A DNA stretch of 53,592 nt, filler included, from Jimgerdemannia flammicorona (Eukaryota): the NCBI GenBank assembly GCA_003990765.1. It is 3 parts of 3 records of this genome, joined end to end, with 100 filler letters (N's around TTAATTAATTAA, not from the genome) between each part and the next. Parts side by side here need not be neighbours in the genome. Positions count along the whole stretch, not along the records: positions 17,899 to 35,695 come from RBNJ01002405.1; 2 more parts are not named here. One strand, given 5' to 3'. Under the pieces are notes generated by a model. The model made no database searches, was not told where the DNA came from, and saw only the letters and a list, made by a program, of their open reading frames with translations. Positions within the stretch are counted from its first letter, which is position 1, and every line of letters begins with the position of its first letter. The translations under genes were made by a program, and so were the position numbers. Of this stretch, positions 23,991 to 35,795 are shown piece by piece.

Positions 23991-25455
23991 TTGTGGTGCT
24001 CAAGCTCTCAACATGCACCGCGGTATGCAGGGTTCGGACAGCGTGATACATACAGCACACCGGGTGCGGTATATTCGAGGTACATTTTTACGACGTCGTC
24101 TAGAAGGGCCTCATAGGCTTTGAGCATGCGGAGGTCGAGGTAGACTTCGAGGTTCATGAACTGTGGGATGGTGACGATTTCAGCAATACTTGCTTGTCCG
24201 GAGTGCATTTGGTCAGGAAGAGCGGAAGCGTCTTCCCCATATGTCATAAGGCGCGAGATGGCTCGTTCTGCGTGTATCCCAGGAGGAGGAAGAGGAAGGA
24301 GCAGGAAGTGAGTATCGAATCCGTTATACTCTGTTCCGCGATGAGTCACAAATCCACAACCACGCGAGCCACAAGCCCAACCCACATTACGCCACCAATC
24401 CCCACCTCCTCCCGGTCCACAACCCACACAACCCGCAAACCAACGCACCTTCTTCAATAAGACTAGTGTTAATAGAGTACCTCTTGGGATAAACGTGGTT
24501 TTCAAACGCTGACTAGTCGAGGGTGATAGCAACTGGCAAGCGCACTCGAAAACATAACCGCTGCAGACAAATGCCACCCAATAACGACAGAGAATGACCG
24601 CCTGAGAGACGAAAGCCAGCAACGTCGCATTACGGAAACCGCCCGTATTGAAGAGGCTGAGCAGCGTACACCGAAGAGTCGTCTACGATGAGAATAGTAA
24701 GAACAGGAATGGCATTTTGACATTCAATCGGCTTGCGGCTTACGCGGTTTGCAGTTGTGGCTTGCGGCTCGTATTGCAAGGGCACGTGCTCCAAAATCGA
24801 CGCGTCCAAATTAAGACGTCACCATCGTGTCATTTTAGATGTCGTGGGAATATATCATGACTGTGAAGCGATTGGGTAATTGTCTTGTATCGAGTGCACG
24901 TGACCGTCGGATTTTTAGTGCAACACGTCCAACAATGAGCTTAATAATAAAAAATATAACTTTATAGACTAACAGAAAACTCTTTTTATTTTAATTCTAT
25001 AGAGAGATTTTTAAGAGTAATTAAAGATTAACTCACAGTGAGATATATAGTTTTAAGTCAATATTTTATGAGCTAAATATAGTAAATCAGAGGTCAATAA
25101 GCCAACCATAGTTAGCCAATCAGGTCAGGCAAGTAAATTTATCAGTGAGAAAAAATAGTTACTCTATATGGAAAACATATAAGAAAATATACATATAAAA
25201 AAATATACAATTAAAATAAAAATAAATAGATTTTATAAGTCTTGAAATACTAATAATAATAATAATAATAATAATAAAAACCACATTCAAGTAAACTTGA
25301 TATACCTCTATAAGAGTTATATAGAATTACTTTTTACTAAGATATATAACTGAAATATATTGAATTCTATTATTATTTTTATAATTAAAAATTTATAAAT
25401 AAAATAAAAATATTAAATATATTTTTATAATCTTAAAAAAAAATAGTTATATAAT

Positions 25456-26036
25456 TAGTGCTCTGAATGAGTCAATCTGAATGGGAATTGAATCTCATCC
25501 AGATGGATTCGAATCAACCATTGTTTTGATTTCCAAATTAGACAATTAAATGTTTATATCAATAACTTGATGAATAATCATCCAAATTTAATAATCTTAG
25601 TATTATTTGAAAGCCCTTAATAAGACCTTCTAATGATATCAAGAATATTAAAATCTAATTATACATTGCCGAGATATTAAGGAAACCATTCTATTTGACA
25701 AAATTTCCAAAATCAGCAAATTGAATAATTTTCAAAATTAGTAATTCAGACATTTTTCTTCATAAATCAGCAATATATGATCTGATTTCAATATTCTTGA
25801 TGTCATTATATAGACCTTATTAAAGGCTTTTAAATGATACTAAGATTATCAAATTTGGATGATTATTCACCAAATTATTAATATAAATATTTAATTATCT
25901 AATTTGGAAATCAAAACAAAAGTTGATTCCAATCTATCTAGATGGGATTTGAATCTCATTCAAGTTGATCTGAATGGAATTCAATCTGAATCAATCTGAA
26001 TCCAATTTGGATTAAATTGATATATTAGGAGCACTA
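25456..26036. mobile_element. hAT-family MITE (581 bp) with long internal foldback
   Basis: TAGTGCTC...GAGCACTA ends; perfect TSD TATATAAT at 25448-25455 and 26037-26044; ~25520-25655 is inverted at ~25783-25922. Confidence 0.9.
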
Positions 26037-26867
26037 TATATAATAGTTTGGTATAAATTTATAAAATATTATATTAATATAGTTTTTTTTTTTTATAAAA
26101 AATAAGAAATTTTAATAAAAATTAATAATAGATATATAGTAATTATAATATTTACTAATATAAAGAAATGTATATAAAACTCAGTTATATTTTTATTATA
26201 ATAATTGATCTAAATTAGTAATATGAATCAAGAGAATAGATAATTAATTGTGATATCTAAATCTAATTTTCAAATATAGTATAGTGTAAGAGAGTACTTT
26301 ATTAAGATACTATTATATAGTTCTGAAAGAGTTTTCTAGATATTCTAGATATTCTAGAAGACTATTTTCTTAAGATCAAGATCAATTTCATATGGAGTAT
26401 ATTCTTTATACTTATTGATTTCAAGATTTGATTGATGTCTCAACCAAAGTTCTTTCTTAGACTTATTTTAGATATTCAGGATTTTCTTTATTTTAAAAGA
26501 TTCAAAAAACTAAGACTAGCTTAGTTGAATTGGTATATTACTATAGATAATATCTAATTAGAAAATTTCTAGATCTAGTTAGTAGTGAGATTTAATATAA
26601 TATAGATTTACTTAAAAGTAGTTTATGGATTATTAAATAGTTTTATTTACTATTTATAATATTACTATTGACTAATACTAAGAGTAGTATATCAAGAGAT
26701 AATTATATAAGAAAATATTCATTTGATTCTTATTAATGTTCTTATTTATATTTCTGAGATCTAGAGGAGAGAATATTTATACTAATGAGAGGCTATCTAG
26801 ACTAGGCTAAATATAGATATAGTACTTTAGTATCTAATGAGTTAGAATATAGTCACATAGTACAAAG

Positions 26868-28535
26868 TAGTGCTCCAAATAGATATAATTTATCCAGATG
26901 GGATTCAATTCAGATTTATTATATATGTAATAGATTTGAATCAACTTAGATTAGTTTTATAATCTGATCTAGATTAATCTGGATTGATCTGGATCATTTG
27001 AAATCTTTAGTAATATCACCCTTTCTTTATCTTTAATAATATCACTCTTTTTTTATCTTTGGTGATATCATTCTTTTTTTATTCTCTCTTTTTTTGTTCT
27101 TTCTTTTTTTATTCATTTTGATACTCTTTTTTATTTCTTCTACCATATAACAAACAAATAAATAGCAGCCCTTAATTATACATTAGTCTACTTATTTTTT
27201 TACCTAATAATTGACAAAAGAGAGAATATTCAAAGTAGAAAAGCACTCTCTGTTGATAATGTTAAATTCTTTCTCATGTAAACAGTATATAAGCTACTTA
27301 TTGAGAGTCAAAGTAGTAATAATAATGGTGATGGTAATGGTGATGAAGATGAGAGAAAATTCCAGCAATAACCCACAGTAATTCTTCAGACCTTGGAATT
27401 CATAAACCTCATAGCTATATATATGTATCAGTCTTTTTAGAGCAGTCAATAGTAGATATAGATTGTCTTTTTGCTACTACATTTAAATTCCCACAATACA
27501 ACTAAGTTTATTTTATACTGTTTCTCTTTTTCTTAGAGTCTACAGCTCTATAGCAAGATCTGTCAACTTTATTTACAATATCTAGTCAAGATAAAGAAAG
27601 GCTAGAGAATATTGTAAGATATATCTTTGGTAACTGAGTTGTTAAGTTAATATATTATATAGTAGAGATCTCAAAAGAATTAGAAGCCTTTATGAGCAAT
27701 CTTATATAACTCATTTGTATGCAACTCATCTATATGCAACTCATTCTCACACTTTTTTTCTAAATACTTATCTATATTTTATTTAACTTCATTTTATATA
27801 TTTTCCTCTAAAAACTCCTATATAATACTTATATATAATCTGTCCACATACTTAACTCAGCTCACTACTCAGATTAAGGCTCAGTTCTACTACAGAGGAG
27901 AATTCAAAGTTACCTAAGTTTGATCACATCTAGCATCAAATCAAATAGAGAAATTCAAGAGTAAGTTATTTAGTATAAGTATTACCAGTATTACTATTAA
28001 AGCTTGGAGGTCTATATTCAAATCAGAGTTAATCATTCTTGATCAAGGAACCCATTGATCTGCTGGAGTATTCAATGATGAAAAGAACTATATTATTATT
28101 AACAAATATAGAGAGGTTGTTACAGTGATAGTAAGAAATCTCTATGATAATAAGCTTCATTACTATATTAATAAGGTTTACAAAAATTGCATCAAATACT
28201 AAGTGGTAGGAAAGAGAGAGTATAAAATACAGAGAAGGAGAGTTTGAACAGGAATTAGATATAATGCAACATTGGTACAAGGTGGATTTTCTGGAGTTTT
28301 TTTTCTGAAATCCTCTATATTTATCTCCTTATTTTTGAGATTTTCTTTACTAATCTATTCTTGTTAAATTTTCAGAGATGTACAGGATTCTGTACTGTTA
28401 TCAGAACTTTAGAAGTATTATTAAAGAATAAGCTACATATATGTGAGCATAACATGGCCTATATAGTAATAGTGGCCATAATCTGAAGTTCTTTAAGTAG
28501 ATTGCTGGACCAAATAGCAGACCAGCTTAGTGGTG
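26868..28535 (-). mobile_element. Truncated, hypermutated second copy of the hAT right end and cargo gene exons 1-4
   Basis: Starts TAGTGCTCC. Colinear with the reverse complement of 15698 to ~13737, with mostly C>T/G>A differences. Confidence 0.9.
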
Positions 28536-28554
28536 TTTTTTTTTTTTTTTTTTT

Positions 28555-28860
28555 TTTTTTTTCTATATGCTTTTATTTATTTATTATTATTTTTATAAAA
28601 TACACTCATACTATGTGCCCCGCGAGGGAATGCAACTTGGGTATTCACGTATTTAGGATACCTGACCATTTCAGTATATGTACCCCTCATTCACTCCCCT
28701 CATTCGCACACGCCGAAGCGAATGAGGGGGGCGAATAAAGGGGGCAAATGAGGTGGGGGGCCGAATGAGGTGGGCCGAATAAGGTGGGGAGAATGAGGAG
28801 GGCGAGGAGGGTAAGAGCGAATACGACCAAATGCGATCCGCCCTGAACTGTTGCTTGCCC
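28555..28860. repeat. Dispersed non-coding repeat, copy B
   Basis: Homologous to 21155-21420; contains the hairpin CCCCTCATTCGC-N10-GCGAATGAGGGG and a GAAT(G/A)AGG array. Confidence 0.7.
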
Positions 28861-29261
28861 GCCTAGTGTCACTTCACACGAAACGCAGGAGTGTGCAAGC
28901 TGGCATGATGCCTATTCTTATCCGGTCTAAACGACTCGGAGGCGGATGTATTGCCAGTACCCGTTTAAATATATCTATTCTCGTCGGCCTCAGTACCATT
29001 TTCTATTGCTATGCGTTATATATACCATTATTCCTTGACCTTGGTTCGGATTCCGGTTAACGAGTCCTTAATTTAGGAAGAAAAATGAGATTTGATCGGA
29101 AACGGGATGCCTGGTCTGTGTTTTCTGTTTGTTGAAAAGACATCCAGGGGGCGTTGATGAATATTCTGACGCCCTAATATTTTCGCATCTGGCTCTGTTC
29201 GTGGCTGGCGAAACAACAAACTGGGTGGCTTGCGGCCCTTAACACAAATCCGAAAACCTTC

Positions 29262-29907
29262 ATGATCCTCCTCCGCAACACCCAGCGTATCGTCAAGGTC
29301 TGCACCAAGACCTGCAAAAAGGACATCGCGCAGCTGCTCGCGCTCGCACAGTACCCTGACTGGGATCTTGGCGTGCACCTCTCTGGCGATCGGTTCGTGC
29401 GAAAACTCAACGCGGAGTTCCGGGGCCTGGATCGGCCGACTGACATCCTGTCGTTCCCCTTCCACCAGGTAAAAATAGAACGTCGCTCCTCCTGATTAAG
29501 TACCCAAATTCTCTTTACAATTGGCGCTAAACCAGCCGACAGGCCATCCGCCCGGGCGTCCTCCCCGCCCCCGTCACGGACGACGATCGGAACCTCGGCG
29601 ACATGTTCATCGCGATGCCGTTCGTGCAACGGTACTGTGGCTACGAAGGCGAGACGCTCGAGAAACGGTTGCCCGTTCTATTCTGCCATGGAATATTCCA
29701 TATGCTTGGATACGACCATCAGACGGACAGCGAGTACGAGAAGGTAAGGTTGGTAGCTCTGAGTCTGGTTGCTTGGGTTGTTTCGATACGTGACGCTAAT
29801 TTGAATTTTGCTTTCAGATGCGTGAGAAGGAGGAGGGTGTATTAGCGGAGTTCTGGAAGTGGAAGAAAGTGGAGGAAAATAATGGAAATGGGGATATAGA
29901 TGCTTAA
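29262..29907 (+). CDS. ybeY: YbeY metal-dependent endoribonuclease (UPF0054), 165 aa; exons 29262-29468, 29543-29743, 29818-29907
   Basis: RKLNAEFRGLDRPTDILSFP; NLGDMFI; HGIFHMLGYDH (H3xH5xH zinc motif). Both introns are phase 0 and the splice keeps frame to the TAA. Confidence 0.95.
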
Positions 29908-30698
29908 TAGTCTACGTTGAATATTCGGAAACATAATATAACCCGGTTCTCCCCCCTTTCCGTCATGTCGCGTATATACGGCAAATAATTACAATATGAA
30001 GTCACGGGAAACATCATCGTGCGGAAAGACTGTCCATTTCGCATGCATGAAAACGCTGTCCTTTCACCGATACAGTATGTCATTCACATTTACTTGTGCT
30101 TATGAGGGTTGGCTGCGCGAGAGGTGCGCAAGAGCTCGCGCCTTCACCAATCAAACGTGCGGAGATGAGCAGAACCGCTACAATGTCTGGTGGGTCTTTG
30201 TTGTGGGCCCGAGATATGCAACGGTGACATTCCCCAAGGACCACCGGGGTATCAGAAAATGGCATTGTTCCTGTGGCTATTTAGGGGATAAAGTAAACGA
30301 CGATCGCCATTGAGCCGAGAACGGACAAAGAAATCGTCCCGATACACACATGATACTAACGGTCTACTCGAAAGACATTACGGAAGCGCTGCGAGAGACG
30401 ATGCCAACCGCATTTACCAGATGGTGTTCTCACAGAGGTCTGACAAGAAATGCTTGTCAAACCGCCGACGGATATATTCTTCCGAAAAATATGTGGATTG
30501 TTTGGAGTTTAATCAACCACTTGATTTGATTTCAAAATCGGCTAGAAATTTGCTCGTATTTTCCGAACGTTCTGTACGCTAAATAGCATCCTTTCTTCAA
30601 AATTCATTGTAAATCAAAACTAAAAGCCTGATTGAAATAGCTATGTATACAGGGGATGTTATATTCAATAAATGGTTTGCTTTTCCCTATATGTGTTT

Positions 30699-31644
30699 CT
30701 ATTGACCAACTTCGAGAAACTCCTCCATATCATCGGCTACGAATCCATTCAGCGCAATCTCCTCATACGGCGGCGGCAACCTATGTTCATCTCCGACCTC
30801 ATCAGCTACCCCTTGCCTCGCCACACCCTGCGACGACATCGGCCCGCTATACAGCGGCAACGACGTGACCGACGCCGTGTCGACAAGACTTTGTCCGTAA
30901 AAGTTCATCCTCCTCTCCCTCAGTATCCCGCCCCTATTCCCAAGTACAGGTTCGGTGTAATACCTCTGCAACGATAGCGACCGTATGGGCGACGCCGGGA
31001 CACTACCATCTCCTGAACTCGTCCAATCCCGCGGCGCTCCGGGACTCCACGACATGTACCTCCGCACCCCGAGCCTATCGCGCGCCGGCCACAGCCTGAA
31101 ACTCCTCGGGAATAGTAGCAGCGCACGCTCCAACGCGGAGCCGACCTCGCCCAGCATGGCGCCATTTTGTATCACCAGTGTTCTGTAGCCGGTGTTCAGA
31201 CTCAAGCCCATGTGCCTCAAGGTATCCTTGCGGCGGTCGAAAGGCCGGATGACGACCATGACGGGCCCGAATGGCGTGCGGCTGAGCATCGCCTCCAGAA
31301 CGGAGCCGCCGGCGCCCTCGATGGTCTTGCAGGAGCGAACGGGCCGCACTTCGATGGTAATGCGGTCTTCGTCCGGAGGGATACGCCATAGCGTTGTGGC
31401 CGGACGGAGCTCGACAGGGATTGTTCGATAAGTGAGACAGAAATCGATGATGTGGCGGCGTCGGCCTAGGAGAGCGAAGTTGGTGTTATCGTTGAAGGAG
31501 AGGCCAATTTGAGAGAGCTCTGGGGGCTGGATGAGTTGGCCTAGACCTGTTGGGTTAGAAAGAATGACAATGATGAGTATGGATGGAGCCGTTTTAGTAG
31601 TCGAGTAATGGACTACACGCACCTGTTAGGTATCCGTATCGCAT
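30699..31644 (-). CDS. Hypothetical 289-aa protein with C-terminal PPPY motif; exons 31644-31623 and 31546-30699
   Basis: Long CpG-rich ORF. A GTGCGT...CTAAC...CAG intron joins MRYGYLT in frame to GLGQLIQ. Confidence 0.65.
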
Positions 31645-32120
31645 GGTTGTTTACGATTTATGTTTCAAAGTGTGTTCGACCATGTATCGAATGCGCAAGT
31701 ATACTCTAGGAGAACAAAGACCCCGATATTCAAAAGAACGTCGTACGTAAACAAATACAAATGATTCAATGATTCGATAAAAACCTGAACTTTGTGACAT
31801 ACAGACATGCAATGCATACACCTGCGCCACCTGTGATCCAAGGCAGTAAATCAGGGTGCTTTTGCAGCACCAAACGATCCCGTGATAGTGGGGATGATGA
31901 TGGCTGGGACTTTAAGACAGCAAGAATAGCGGCCAAAAAATGGGGACTCGCGACCGGGTGGGCGTAATGACCTATTGCCTTGCTAGCTTGGGTGGGTGAT
32001 CTTTCCTATTTGCGTCATGCAACATTCGACGGTACATAAAGGAGACGACGGAGCACGCAATTATCATACCAATTCTCCTACGAGCTGATGAATGATGTAT
32101 CTGATCAAACAGATGTTAAC

Positions 32121-32206
<86 letters not shown>

Positions 32207-32406
32207 AGAGAGAGAGAGAGACTTCTACTTTGACAATTCGGTTTAACATAAGCTATAAGCCATTCTGAAATCCGCCACATCGTTAAACATGCCACATTTG
32301 CATTTACTAAATGTTCCTCATTAATCAATCATTCAATTTTGATATCGACAAACGCCATATTTCATTCCTCATTTTCGACTCCCACCCATATAATTTAATT
32401 GAACAA

Positions 32407-34180
32407 TTATGGTTTTTTACCGTACGCGTAATAAAAGCTCGACCAACTCCTGGAATCGTCAAATTTACAAATTGCAAGTGCATCAGTACAGATTGTCGAT
32501 CCATTCTAAAACACTGGCCAACCTCTACTCACCTATGCCGCATGCACTCAAGCGGGATTTGCTCGGTGACGGCGTCGTACTCAGCGTCGTCGCACCCCAT
32601 CAGCGGTTTGAGGAACGACCGAAACCCATCAAATCCGAGCCGGAGGCTGTTTATGTGCAGCTCGCCCAGCCGCCCATGCCAGCCAATGGGAAAGGACGCC
32701 CAGTCGGCCGTCACGTCTTGGAGGTGCGGGGTCAGCAGTGCGCCTAGGTCTTCGACCAACCTAGTGTCTACACCGCGGGATTTGATGGCTGTTGCGACTG
32801 GAGTGGGATGGATTGGTAGGGAGGGTGAACGTATACGCGTGTCTGAGGTTAGGATAATCGGGTAATTGATACAGGATACTCGCGGGCATTTACGTATCGC
32901 TGAAAGTGTGGGCCTCCGTTGTGTAGAGTTAGCCCTGCCTCGACTGCGAAATGAAGAATTCAGCCTTTTATTGTCAGTTAAGACCAAACCATTGACAAAT
33001 ATTACAACATCACCCTCCACGAACCACTTACCCAATTCCACATAACCCCCAGGCTTCGTAACGCGCACAAGCTCCGCAATCGCCCGATCCCACTGCGCGG
33101 GCGTGAAGGCAGTGACCATAAACCTTTTCACGGTGGCGATTGGTTGGTAGCATCACATTTCAGGAACAAATACGCGTGCGGAGAAGGTTTCACTTTAACG
33201 ATCTTACAAAAGAGACCGCGTGTTACCTTTGAAAAACGTAATCGAAGGTGTTGTCGGCAAACGGAAGCCCTTCGAGCGTGTTCGCGCTCTCGAAGGAACA
33301 GTTGGATGGGACGTCGTCCTGGGGAAAGATATCCGCAATATCGGTGCCTGTGAAAAATGGGGTTGAATGGCCCGGGTTGAATGGCCCAGGTTGAAGACGT
33401 TTCCATACGACAAATTTCATTCATAACGTAACAGGAAAAATCACCTATAAACGTGGAATCTGGAAAGTCGTTGGACATTTCCTACCAGATAATTTTATAT
33501 TTAGCATTCGACGTACCGAAACTCGAAACGCATTGAACGTCCAAATGACCTGGATGAAAATCAATTCTTACTAATATCCACGCCCCCGGCCCGCATCTTT
33601 GAAAGCTTTCTCCAGCATCTCCGATTACGCCAACTTACCCAACGTCGAGAACCTTGATGCCTTCTTGCAGCTCATCTTCGACAGGCGCATTAAAGTTTCT
33701 GCGGGGCCAACATCAGATAAAATATCTTAGCCTGTGTTTTATTTGTACAGCGGACGCGCATGTATTTCCACATGCATACCCATGGAATAGATGCCTAGAG
33801 GTTGGCGTAAGAGTAAATCAAACGAACCGGGTTTAAGACATCAGAGCTCTCCCACACATGGATGATACGAAGAGCAAAGAGCACGCATACCTAACGCTCA
33901 CGTGTTGTACCTCCAACCTACGAATAAAACAACCAGATTAACCTTTTGTCATCCCTGCCATCCACAGCACCCATTCGCCCCGACCGGTCAAGACGGGCAC
34001 ATATATACATAATTACCTATCGCTCTCCTCCCCATCAATGGGCAACAAATATTTTGCTCGGTCCAAGAACCGGCGCCCGCCTAAGCCGCCCTTGTAGACG
34101 TTAAAGTCCGGAGGTAGTTCGGACGCGGCGAATTCCTCGCTACCTTTAGCACTGTTGTTGGTGTTCATCGAGTCTTCCAT
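32407..34180 (-). CDS. Class I SAM-dependent methyltransferase (fungal Methyltransf_25/LaeA-like family), multi-exon
   Basis: KYLLPIDGEESDRLEVQH; GNFNAPVEDELQEGIKVLDVGCGPGAWILEMSNDFPDSTFIGTDI; GLPFADNTFDYVFQRFM; ELVRVTKPGGYVEL; ends YYAYGKKP*. Confidence 0.92.
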
Positions 34181-35418
34181 CCTGGGATTCAATTTGAAAG
34201 AACCCCTTAAAAAGTGGCAATAGGGATGATCTCGATATCGGCTGGAACACAGATGGCCGAATTTAGGTGGCTGCAGAATATGTCATAATGAAATCCACAT
34301 TGTCGCATTGTTTTAAAGCGAACGAACCCCGCCGGCAAGGGGCAGCCTGTCATATGGCAAGGGGATACCTTTCCAAAGTAGTTTGGGCTAAGGTTGGGTG
34401 TGCTTTGGCTATCTTTACAATAACTCTTTGCCTGTGGTGGTAGTAAAACAAAAATGGTTTGCATAATACGCCAAACACCATCAGAATTAGAATTGCGTGA
34501 AGCGAAAGCTTCGATCTGCGACCGATAGGCTTCCGGTCGGCGTTGCACAATAGATACGTTCTGTTATAATAAATTAATTAAGCATGACCCGTCAAACACG
34601 TGGATTGCCGGATCGCCGCGCTTTTCAGCAGTTTGGATACACGGGTCCACCCATCCTTACCTCTCTGAGAAAGCGCGTGCTGGCGAGGCCCAGCATCGTC
34701 GGCATCCTCTGTTACCCAGCCGTCGCCGCCGATGTGCGCCATCACGTTTTCCTGCCTAGTTTTATGAGTCGGTCGGGGGACATGAAAATAACTGGTACAT
34801 GTGTTATGCTTCTGCTGCATAAATTCTAATCTCCACACATAGACGCTAAGGATTTATTGTTTTATTGCATGCATGTTTGGGACATAGAAAACAGCCTGCG
34901 ATGGATGGACACCAACCGCATCACCTCCCTCAACCTGGACGATCGCAGGACCCAATCAACCTCTATCACCTCATCAAAGAATTTACTGCCACCACGCCGT
35001 TATCTTCGCCCGCCACCGCCTCCCCAGACCCTCTGCATCCCCAGTTATCCTAGACACAAATCGGACTGTAGCATCTCTTTTCTTCAACGGCTCCCTTCAT
35101 CGTCACGACATTTTCTGGATCTTCCTGCATCTCGGGATTGACGGTGTCGCAGCGAGGACAGTGGAGGTCGTGAGGGTTGTGGATATGAGTGGGATGGAGG
35201 GGCACGGGAATGCGTTGGAGATATTTCTGAGGAAATTGCTTAGTAGATGTATAAAAAACCTCATTTCGATAGATCCAAAGAGATATTAACGCCAAAAAAA
35301 AAAAAAAAAAAAGCTGTATAAATTCGGAGTGCGAAGTAATCGTTTTTCTGCATTGCCGTTGTTCATACAGCATTTGAGCCACATTCACACAACCACCCTG
35401 TGGAACTCGACATGGACG

Positions 35419-35667
35419 CTAATTAGCGGCAGCCAAACCCGACCGGTCATTCTTTTTGCCCCTCCTTTGTCTCTGGCCGGCCTTCTTGACCATCTGCTCC
35501 TCCTTTCTTTTGTAAGCCGCGATAATTGCCTCGTACCACACCAGGAAGGCGTTGTTTTGGGCGAGCTCGCACCGGGGACAGGACCACTTCGATACGCCCT
35601 CGAACACGATGTACTCGGTGGCGCATTTCTCGCACTGGACGTTAACGTTGTCAGCTATCACCGACAT
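35419..35667 (-). CDS. Small zinc-ribbon-like ORF (CEKC...CPRC plus basic tail); possibly the last exon of a gene cut by the gap
   Basis: Two CxxC pairs; gene-like GC/CpG content; abuts the linker. Confidence 0.45.
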   Translation of the reverse strand: MSVIADNVNVQCEKCATEYIVFEGVSKWSCPRCELAQNNAFLVWYEAIIAAYKRKEEQMVKKAGQRQRRGKKNDRSGLAAAN

Positions 35668-35695
35668 GTCTAATCGTGTACAAAGTCATGTTGGG

Positions 35696-35795
35696 NNNNN
35701 NNNNNNNNNNNNNNNNNNNNNNNNNNNNNNNNNNNNNNNTTAATTAATTAANNNNNNNNNNNNNNNNNNNNNNNNNNNNNNNNNNNNNNNNNNNN
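35696..35795. other. Artificial contig linker N44-TTAATTAATTAA-N44
   Basis: Same 100-bp linker as 17799-17898. Confidence 0.97.

Noticed and set aside
34857..35141. LRR-like gene fragment
   Set aside because: Too short and degenerate to support a call.
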